Origin: Candidatus Lokiarchaeum ossiferum
Lineage (GTDB): Archaea; Asgardarchaeota; Lokiarchaeia; Sigyniarchaeales; Promethearchaeaceae
Length of the DNA: 32,000 nucleotides
Reading direction: 5' to 3'
Assembly (NCBI GenBank): GCA_025839675.1
Contig: CP104013.1
Span: 690,001-722,000 of the forward strand
Below, in pieces: positions 25,401 to 32,000 of this stretch (the first letter of the stretch is position 1; every line of letters starts with the position of its first letter). Made by a program: the position numbers and the translations under genes. The notes under the pieces are model-generated. The model made no database searches. It worked only from the letters and a program-made list of their open reading frames with translations, and was not told the origin of the DNA.

Positions 25401-28400
25401 ATACATTCCAAATTGTTGGGCAGAAAACGAACTATGAAAATCAACAATTATGGATTTCGGCAGTAATAAATATTGTCCCAACGATACTTACAGCAGAATC
25501 AATTGAATTAACACCCTATTGGAATCAAAATTTTACTTTGTCCTTGAATTCGACAGACACTTATTTTAATCGAGCGATTAATGATAGTTCAATTACCTAT
25601 TCTGTTTCTGGTCCAGCGAGCTTTAGTGAATCAGGTGAGATAAATTTTGTAGGGAATGGAATCTATGAAAAAGAATTCAACACAACCCACTTTAACCAAG
25701 CGGGATTATATACTTTTCAACTTGAATCAACCAAAAATCAATATGAATCCCAACTACTGACAATCACCGTAGAGATTCAAATTGTTCCCACTACCTTATC
25801 TTCAAATCATAATGATGATAAAATAACAAAGCCATTAATTTCCGCACCATTTGACATTTCGGTGCATTTTGAGGATGTATTAAATTCTTTAAATATATCT
25901 GATGCCACTGTGTCATATAGTGCAACCGGCCCAGAAAATTTTGCTGATTCAGGAACAATGATACATGTTGGAAATGGAAATTACAATATTTCGGGCATAG
26001 ATCCTGCTACTGATTATGGTTCAATAGGAACCTACTCATACCAGATAATCGCCACCAAAAATCAATTTGAAACACAATATATTACAATCACAATAAATAT
26101 AGGGATAATTTCGACAAATCTTACATCCAACCATCAGAATAATGAAATAAGCGTGTATTGGGATGAAGATTTCACACTTAGCATAAATTTTCTGAAATAT
26201 GATGACAGTACACCTATTAGTGGAGCAACAATCGCCTACGTGATAACAGGCCCGAGTAGTTATAGTAGTACAGGAATTTTAGATTATATTAGTGATGGTA
26301 TCTATTCTCAAGATTTTGATACCAATGTTGTTTATTCGACCGCAGGTACCTATACATTTGTCATTTCAACGAATATATCAGGATATGAATCTCAGCAAAT
26401 CACAATTTCCTTGACGATTGAAACAATTCCAATGAATTTATCCACAAGTAACACAGAATTGACTATTTTTTGGGAAGAAGATTTTACTCTTTCGGTAGAT
26501 CTTGCCGATGGAAGAAATTCAAATGCAATCACATCGGCGTTAGTGAGTTATTCAGCTGCAGGAACAGGAAGTTATTCGGATATAGGAACACTCACTCATG
26601 ATGTGGGAAATCCGGGCACATATCGAATCACATTTAGTACTCAAACATTTAATCAAGCCGGTATTTACACATTTAGTATTTCAGCAACAAACCAATATCA
26701 TATTGAACAATCGCTAACGATTACTATCAACATAAATACTCGAGAAACAGCGATTTCAACACCTAGTACTGAAATTGGAATTTCATATGATGATAGTTTT
26801 TATTTGAATATTACATTCACAGATGTTTCATATCCAGCAAGTCCGACAGGTATAAGCGGTGCAACAGTTAGTTACAGTGCATCCGGACCAAGTAGTTATA
26901 CAAGAGTTGGGATATTAACCTACAATATTAATGGAAACTATTTAATCCAATTTAACGCTTCTGAAGATTTCCCACAAGAAGGGACATATAATTTCTTAAT
27001 TACTGCGACCAAAAATCAATATGAAACTCAACAAGTCTCGATAACAGTAAATATCAATATTATTAATACTACGCTGACGGCCACTGAAGATTATATTAAT
27101 AAAATTGCAGGAGAATCATTCACACTTTCCGTTTTATACTATAATGTTACGAATGGAGAGACTCCAGTGAATGGCGCCACTGTATCATATACACTATCAG
27201 GATATTCTGGTGCATCATTAACTGAAGATGGAGCAACGGGAAATTATTCCATCCAATTGAATGCAGATGATTTCGGAACTGGCACATTCACTTTCCAGAT
27301 TACAGCCACTAAAAATCAATTTGAAACTCAACAACTCCTGATAACCGTTGATATAGGGTTAAATGCAATGAACTTGACGGTTTCTCTAATTGAGAATCCA
27401 GCCCAGATATATTGGAATGACAATTTCACCCTGAGTGCAGAATTGAAAGAAGACGCAGACTTTGTTGATGAAGCTATTGTATCCTATTCGGTTATTAACT
27501 ATCCAAATATTAATGGAACTTTTATGGAAGGTACCAATATATATACAATTGAGTTCAATTCTTCCTCTTTCCCCGAAGCAGGTTCGTATTCGTTTGAAAT
27601 TGAAGCAACAAAAACAAATTACGGAACCAGAACAAAAACAATCATAGTCATTATTAAGATTGTTCCAACGAATTTCACCTCATTGCACGTGGAAGATACG
27701 ATTAATGCCCATTGGGAAGAAGATATCACGATCTTTGTCAATCTGACAGATATTCAAGACACTAACAATGCCATCAACATAACGGATGCAAGCGTTACCT
27801 ATACGGCAGCAAGTTTAGCCGCCTTTAGTGGCCCGTTGACACATTCGACAGGAGGTTTGTATTACCTTTCCTTTAATGCGAATGATTTTGGTGGAGCGGG
27901 ATCCTACACAATTAAAATTACTGCCCAAAAAAATCAGTTTGAAACCCAACAACTCACCATTACGGTGATCGTTGAAATTTTGCCCACAATTTTGGTGAAT
28001 GAAAATAGTGATTCGGTCGGCTATTGGAAAGACGAAGTCACCTTTTCATATAATTTTACCGAAACTTTTACTTCCACACAGATAACTGACGGTGTGATAT
28101 TATATTCGGTGGAACAGATCCCATCTCTCACAGGGACATTAATACATCAAACAGAAGGTATCTACACCGTTTCATTAAATACAAGCCAATTTTTGAGTGC
28201 TGGAACCTATACAATTCACCTTGAAGCCACTAAATTCCAATATCAAACCCAAACTAAATCTCTCACTTTAACGATTTCCATTTTACCCACTAATGTTTCT
28301 ATTATTGCGGAAAATGTTGTTGTTTATTGGGAAGAGAATTTCAGCCTCTTGGTAGGATATGCTGATACCCATAATGATATTAATGTAACCGATGCGATTG

Positions 28401-31400
28401 TTTCATCCAACTTAGTAGGAAGTACATTGTATAATAACTTATTAACCTACATTGGAAATGGATTGTACTTGTTAGAATACAACACAACAGAATTCCCAGA
28501 TGCAGGGAACTATACGTTCCAAATAAATCTTGGAAAAAATCAATATGAATCCCAACAAACATGGATCTATGTGCAAATTAATATTCTTCCTACTCACATT
28601 TCCTCTGAAAATGAAAGTATTGTAATTTACTGGGAAGATTCCTTTACATTATCTGTTGACTATGTTGATACACACAATAATAATCGATCGATAAGCGGAG
28701 CAACTGTAGCATTCTTACAAAGTGGGGAATCTGTTTATAGAACTATGAATTATCAAGGAGATGGAACTTATACTTTTGTTTTGCAATCAGATATTGATTT
28801 TACAGAAGCGGGACCTTATGAATTTTTAATTGAAGCTAAAAAGGATCAATATCAAACGCAAATATTTTGGATCGATGTTGAAATTTTGATTGTCCCAACA
28901 AATGCGAGTTCTAACCACAATAATAATAAAATTAACAAAGAACTTGTCGATTCATTCCAAATCTCAATCAATATGGAACAAATAATTGAGGTGCTTAATC
29001 CGATAGGGATCCCTGATGCAACAGCGACATTCAGTGTATCAGGACCAGAGGGATATAGTGCTCAAGGATCCTTATCCCATATTGGATCGGGAATTTATAA
29101 TAGTTCGATAATCCAAGCGAGTGCAGAATATGGCGGAATAAAAGGAACTTATGTCTACCAGATTACAATTACTAAGAATCAATATGAAACTCAATATTTG
29201 ACAATTACTGTTAATATTGCAGTAACTCAAACAATTTTGACCACGAATCATCAAAATGATGAAATTAATGTGTATTGGGATGAAGATTTTGTCTTGAATG
29301 TAACTTTCTCAGTATTAGAAGATACAGTTCCTATTACGGAAGGTACAATATCTTTTACAATGACTGGACCTGGAAGCTATACAAATTCAGGTAGTTTAAC
29401 CCATATGGGCTCAGGCGTCTATGAAAAGCCCTTTGATACAGATTCAGTATTTACATTAGCAGGTACATATACATTCTATCTCACTGCAACAAGGTTAGAT
29501 CATGAAACCCAACAAAAATCAATATCTCTAACAATATCAATAATACCTACTAACTTAAGTTCGATTGTAGGTTCTTCCGTTTCCCTATTTTGGGAAGAAT
29601 CGTTTACGATTGCTGCTAATCTAACAGATGGTAGGGACAATACACCTATCACAAGTGCATTACTGCAATATACTGTCACAGGTACGGGAGATTATTCAGA
29701 TGTGAATATACTAATTCACCAAACAGATGTTCCAGGAACATATAATCTGACTTTTAACTCGATTAATTTTGGTCAAATTGGAACGTATAATTTTTTGGTG
29801 ACTTCCACTAAATCCCATTATGTTTCCCATCAATTCACAGTGACTGTACATATTTTAATCCGAGAAACTGATTTTATGGCAGAAGAAACAGACATTGATA
29901 TCACCTATGATGAAAGTTTCTTGATCAACACAACATATACAGATATTTCCCATCCAACAATTCCTCAAGGAATTTCTGGTGCAACTATAAGTTACACCGC
30001 GACGGGAGATAATAGTTATGTCATGGTGGGAGAATTGACTTATATTACAAACGGGCAATATGGATTTACTTTTATTGCAGATGTGGTTTTTCCTCAAGAA
30101 GGAACCTATTCATTCCAAATAGTTGCAGAAAAGGACAACTATGAAACAAAACAATTGACAATCACGGTAAATGTCATTGTAGTTTCCGCAAACTTGAGTG
30201 CATCTGAAGAATTGATTTCAAAGAGTTGGGAAGAAAACTTCACCTTAAGTATTTTGTATACAAATATCACAACTCCAGGAAGTCCATTGGGGATTGAAGG
30301 TGCCACAGTGTCTTATACAATTTCTGGATTGCCTGCATACTCAGGATCCCTTGAAGATGTGGGTTTGGGAAGATATGAACTGGAATTGAATACAAGCGAT
30401 TTTACAGAATTTTCTGATTCAGGAACATATGTTTTTCAAATTACTGCTGAAAGAAATCAGTTCCAAACAAAACAAATCTTGATCTCCCTTGAAATGGATT
30501 TAAAACAAATGAATGTTACAATAACGCTTGTTCAAAATCCAACTCAGATATTTTGGGGGGATAACTTCACTCTAAATGCAGATCTTAAAGAAGAAGAAGG
30601 ATTTGTTACAGGAGCAACTGTTTTTTACACTGTTTTGGATCATCCTACAATATTCGGAAATTTCTCTGAAGGTGGGAGTTTATATTCAATTCTGCTAAAT
30701 TCGACTATTTTCCCAAATGTTGGTTCATATACCTTCGAAATTGAAGCATCAAATGACGGCTATGGAACACGGACTAAAACATTTGTTGTTGAAATTAAAA
30801 TTGTACCAACGGAATTACTTTCTTTACACATAGACGATACAATCGAAGCATATTGGAATGATCCTATTACCATGAGTTTTCAATTCACCGATATTCAAGA
30901 TGAAATATCTCCCACATTCATTACTGGAGCCAAAATTACATACACTGCTACTAAATTAACACCCTATACTGGCAATTTAACTTATCAGGGTGATGGAATT
31001 TATAGCTATTCATTCAATGCAAGTGATTTTGGTAAATCTGGAACCTATTCAATTCAAATTCGGGCAACTAAAAATCAGTATTTATCACAGCAACTTGTTT
31101 TAACTGTTGAGGTCAATATCCTTGAAACCAGTTTGGAAACTGATGCTTTGAATTTGGATGCATTTTGGTTAGACGAGGTGAATTTTACGGTTTCCTTCCA
31201 AGATGTTACAAACAGTGAAATGATAACAAATGGAAATATAACCTTTTCAGTATCTCAGGTTCAAGGGTTAAATGGAACAGTAACTCATATGAATTCTGGA
31301 ATCTATTCCATAACATTGGATACAACACAATTTCTTAAAGCAGGGGAATATACCATTGTATTTGAAGCGAAAAAATTCCAATATGAAACCCAAACATTAT

Positions 31401-32000
31401 CCTTCATATTGGACATAGTAATACTTCCAACAGCCTTTACTACTGATCAATACAATATTAATATTTTATGGGAAGAGAACTTTACCATAACAACTCATTA
31501 TTCAGATACGGAATATGACAATAATATTAATGATGGAGAAGTAAAATTCACAGTGGGTCAAGTTTCAGGCCTTTCAGGAAATCTTACAGTAGAAGGAAAT
31601 GGAAATTATAATATAGAATTAAGCTCTACGCAATTCCTTGGGGTGGGAACTTATTCCATTTTTATTCAAGCAACAAAATACCAACATCAAACAAGAGATA
31701 TTTTAATTTATTTAACAATCAGTCGAATTGATACTACTATCAATCAATCGATTTTCTTACAAAGTGATGTTGTTATGAATGTTACTACTTCAAATGTATT
31801 CCATTTCAGTTATATTGATCAATATGATCGATTTATCGAGAATGCAACAATCGCTTATTACGAATTACAAAATGGTAATACGATAACTTCTGGCACACTT
31901 GAATACCTCGGAAATGGAATCTATGAACTCGATTTGGATCTTGAATTGAAACCGGTGGGGACTTATTTGATAGTTATTCATTTGGGAATTGAAAATTACT
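22448..32000 (+). CDS. Giant secreted/surface repeat protein (more than 3184 codons in window, 3' end beyond the right edge)
   Basis: Absent from the ORF track because there is no stop in the window. ATG 22448 is preceded by GTGAT. Signal-like N-terminus MKFKKISSLAMLSLIFILPALNS. Hand translation of 22448-23640 is stop-free, and frame checks at 25730 and 31664 give the same frame (position mod 3 = 2). Domain content by eye: a DUF2341-like start (YPWWNDTYEYRIPVVLNP); a possible jelly-roll region; about three carboxypeptidase-regulatory-like beta-sandwiches (e.g. LVLDSDGNALPNANVEMKKSGEEIYYYGTTDENGQISF); then at least 22 modules of ~105 aa. Only short ORFs occur in the other five frames here. Confidence 0.9.
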   Translation, partial: MKFKKISSLAMLSLIFILPALNSITQISPRTEFFEPVSILPDERSINNPLLKSAASAYPWWNDTYEYRIPVVLNPNGVSHDNAPIEFRIDFASILDVSGNPISDEHVNTTNIQVIEQTTSGGFTQYVNQYDPLPLSNGDEGEIAWIIDQTGFSTNKTFFIYFCLGDTDKYGDPVYDSPYSRSLSDDPIRLFHNGFEEGTVAPLDPFMTYSTDYGASTVILNDYTTGIQGEGALEIQGDIWAMQALPASIDTTDPTYSNLFLTYQVQAYGLINKFDYMAMGVAASENDFYWRGYQHWGEDSHVNLYSDSISSANVWNYFAMDLQTTVDYPDGLVNYVLFILEDSDIKRNDDNRFYFDDISIWNQEVGQHQTTDVEVDIQALEIPFASINLLVLDSDGNALPNANVEMKKSGEEIYYYGTTDENGQISFTDIDSSQDYDFTLNYSTQGIEAAEIFNIASESFNSDLQDITIFADIWTMNYSVTDYDGDIFNDGYVVLYNNTAAQEPVGNVTLDGSGNSIIRYSNKTDSYNYSVFYDTNLFDQGTYATNQLEIASDLISSTQNELVSANISTLTFNVSGYTSTDTSSLGYASLEITNGTYGDSIANITTDSAGFVDFLYFRSNNSVLNNYTMHLKFLGGNQSINATDTPQRSPKLGGEWQDYLNFSLDTKMTKDILVDFLDDVEYSTNITAVSFSSGANFNPDWGELLEFQVNYTSYDGDSVILTDPDTIEYEMYDTALNLVKSGTLVKHLEGIYNLTLDSSEFIAGFTYRLDFIAYKSGYPSPTNTPNAIIKIEKLGTTFEIYDASTGLAIDGQTINKTWGEIFDVEVVYKLQSPEEELSGATAILDWDYDVEASMVEQNYAGFTNYTYSVNTSKSPTTGLFDFDLTADLLNHTSLASWFRLEILEIPTAINRDAYTDPITLYWEENFTMSLNYTDTFNNVGIEEAYLYYNIVGDPDFNEYPIPETGTSGIYEITLNSTSFGEAGTYTFQIVGQKTNYENQQLWISAVINIVPTILTAESIELTPYWNQNFTLSLNSTDTYFNRAINDSSITYSVSGPASFSESGEINFVGNGIYEKEFNTTHFNQAGLYTFQLESTKNQYESQLLTITVEIQIVPTTLSSNHNDDKITKPLISAPFDISVHFEDVLNSLNISDATVSYSATGPENFADSGTMIHVGNGNYNISGIDPATDYGSIGTYSYQIIATKNQFETQYITITINIGIISTNLTSNHQNNEISVYWDEDFTLSINFLKYDDSTPISGATIAYVITGPSSYSSTGILDYISDGIYSQDFDTNVVYSTAGTYTFVISTNISGYESQQITISLTIETIPMNLSTSNTELTIFWEEDFTLSVDLADGRNSNAITSALVSYSAAGTGSYSDIGTLTHDVGNPGTYRITFSTQTFNQAGIYTFSISATNQYHIEQSLTITININTRETAISTPSTEIGISYDDSFYLNITFTDVSYPASPTGISGATVSYSASGPSSYTRVGILTYNINGNYLIQFNASEDFPQEGTYNFLITATKNQYETQQVSITVNINIINTTLTATEDYINKIAGESFTLSVLYYNVTNGETPVNGATVSYTLSGYSGASLTEDGATGNYSIQLNADDFGTGTFTFQITATKNQFETQQLLITVDIGLNAMNLTVSLIENPAQIYWNDNFTLSAELKEDADFVDEAIVSYSVINYPNINGTFMEGTNIYTIEFNSSSFPEAGSYSFEIEATKTNYGTRTKTIIVIIKIVPTNFTSLHVEDTINAHWEEDITIFVNLTDIQDTNNAINITDASVTYTAASLAAFSGPLTHSTGGLYYLSFNANDFGGAGSYTIKITAQKNQFETQQLTITVIVEILPTILVNENSDSVGYWKDEVTFSYNFTETFTSTQITDGVILYSVEQIPSLTGTLIHQTEGIYTVSLNTSQFLSAGTYTIHLEATKFQYQTQTKSLTLTISILPTNVSIIAENVVVYWEENFSLLVGYADTHNDINVTDAIVSSNLVGSTLYNNLLTYIGNGLYLLEYNTTEFPDAGNYTFQINLGKNQYESQQTWIYVQINILPTHISSENESIVIYWEDSFTLSVDYVDTHNNNRSISGATVAFLQSGESVYRTMNYQGDGTYTFVLQSDIDFTEAGPYEFLIEAKKDQYQTQIFWIDVEILIVPTNASSNHNNNKINKELVDSFQISINMEQIIEVLNPIGIPDATATFSVSGPEGYSAQGSLSHIGSGIYNSSIIQASAEYGGIKGTYVYQITITKNQYETQYLTITVNIAVTQTILTTNHQNDEINVYWDEDFVLNVTFSVLEDTVPITEGTISFTMTGPGSYTNSGSLTHMGSGVYEKPFDTDSVFTLAGTYTFYLTATRLDHETQQKSISLTISIIPTNLSSIVGSSVSLFWEESFTIAANLTDGRDNTPITSALLQYTVTGTGDYSDVNILIHQTDVPGTYNLTFNSINFGQIGTYNFLVTSTKSHYVSHQFTVTVHILIRETDFMAEETDIDITYDESFLINTTYTDISHPTIPQGISGATISYTATGDNSYVMVGELTYITNGQYGFTFIADVVFPQEGTYSFQIVAEKDNYETKQLTITVNVIVVSANLSASEELISKSWEENFTLSILYTNITTPGSPLGIEGATVSYTISGLPAYSGSLEDVGLGRYELELNTSDFTEFSDSGTYVFQITAERNQFQTKQILISLEMDLKQMNVTITLVQNPTQIFWGDNFTLNADLKEEEGFVTGATVFYTVLDHPTIFGNFSEGGSLYSILLNSTIFPNVGSYTFEIEASNDGYGTRTKTFVVEIKIVPTELLSLHIDDTIEAYWNDPITMSFQFTDIQDEISPTFITGAKITYTATKLTPYTGNLTYQGDGIYSYSFNASDFGKSGTYSIQIRATKNQYLSQQLVLTVEVNILETSLETDALNLDAFWLDEVNFTVSFQDVTNSEMITNGNITFSVSQVQGLNGTVTHMNSGIYSITLDTTQFLKAGEYTIVFEAKKFQYETQTLSFILDIVILPTAFTTDQYNINILWEENFTITTHYSDTEYDNNINDGEVKFTVGQVSGLSGNLTVEGNGNYNIELSSTQFLGVGTYSIFIQATKYQHQTRDILIYLTISRIDTTINQSIFLQSDVVMNVTTSNVFHFSYIDQYDRFIENATIAYYELQNGNTITSGTLEYLGNGIYELDLDLELKPVGTYLIVIHLGIENY
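25160..32000 (+). repeat. Tandem array of about 22 coding modules of 300-325 bp (~100-108 aa each) inside the giant ORF
   Basis: The recurrent module ends ...AG.Y.F.I.A.K(N)QYE[TS]Q...I.V.I.I(V/L)PT and the next begins ...[IVL][YF]W[ED]E[ND]FT[LM]S. By-eye boundaries: 25160, 25475, 25785, 26100, 26425, 26740, 27055, 27355, 27660, 27975, 28280, 28585, 28895, 29220, 29545, 29860, 30175, 30490, 30800, 31120, 31425, 31730. Two more divergent modules probably precede these (about 24440-25160). Confidence 0.85.
25785..32000 (+). repeat. Higher-order repeat: ten-module cassette (~3.1 kb) present twice in tandem (block A ~25785-28894, block B ~28895 to beyond 32000)
   Basis: Module n of block A matches module n of block B much better than it matches its own neighbours. 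Anchors: identical 20-mer GTGTATTGGGATGAAGATTT at 26153 and 29270 (offset 3117 nt = 1039 codons); GAAATTGAAGCA at 27596 and 30737 (offset 3141 nt = 1047 codons). Unusual linkers correspond position for position (NINTRETAIS / HILIRETDFM; DIGLNAMNLTVSLIENPAQIYWNDNFTLSAELKED / EMDLKQMNVTITLVQNPTQIFWGDNFTLNADLKEE). Confidence 0.8.

Noticed and set aside
22420-30097. Short track ORFs within or overlapping the giant gene (22420..22638-, 27462..27647+, 28380..28562-, 29072..29254-, 29855..30097-)
   Set aside because: All are 60-80 aa, out of frame or antisense to a 9.5-kb continuous ORF, with low-complexity translations.
25160-32000. Regular ~310-bp periodicity that could superficially suggest a CRISPR or satellite array
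   Set aside because: The period is far too long and the units too divergent for CRISPR, and there are no short identical repeats with unique spacers. The whole region is one continuous open reading frame, and the periodicity is at the protein-domain level.
1-32000. Search for tRNA/rRNA genes, transposases/integrases, terminal inverted repeats and toxin-antitoxin or known defence-gene signatures
   Set aside because: No GC-rich cloverleaf-sized islands, no DDE/tyrosine-recombinase-like ORFs and no flanking direct repeats were seen. The RHH-like gene has no adjacent toxin-sized partner.

Overview
AT-rich (about 30% GC by eye), densely coding window with archaeal hallmarks: an Orc1/Cdc6 initiator, an ADP-forming acetyl-CoA synthetase alpha subunit, GGTGA/GTGAT-type Shine-Dalgarno motifs and oligo-T tracts after stop codons. 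It also carries a eukaryote-like Ser/Thr kinase, an Arf/Sar/Rag-like small GTPase with a C-terminal extension, and very large repeat surface proteins. Together these suggest an Asgard (Loki-like) archaeon; that is inference, since no search was possible. Layout, left to right: (1) a 475-codon parallel beta-helix surface protein running off the left edge, missing from the ORF track; (2) four tandem paralogues of one MFS transporter on the minus strand (1605-8199), interrupted by a small RHH-like gene; (3) a 7-helix membrane protein, a Lys/Glu-rich orphan, a DUF2892 mini-membrane protein, ACD alpha and a LOG-family protein; (4) two tandem paralogous zinc-ribbon membrane proteins plus a 66-aa zinc-ribbon protein; (5) orc1/cdc6, convergent with a two-gene unit (coiled-coil/Ser-rich/zinc-ribbon protein plus protein kinase); (6) a class I/II aminotransferase and the small GTPase; (7) a giant secreted ORF (22448 to beyond 32000, more than 3184 codons, also missing from the track). 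The distal 6.8 kb of that ORF is an array of about 22 modules of roughly 105 aa, built as a ten-module (~3.1 kb) cassette duplicated in tandem. I found no tRNA, rRNA, CRISPR array, transposase or integrase. All product calls rest on motif recognition by eye; nothing was searched against databases.
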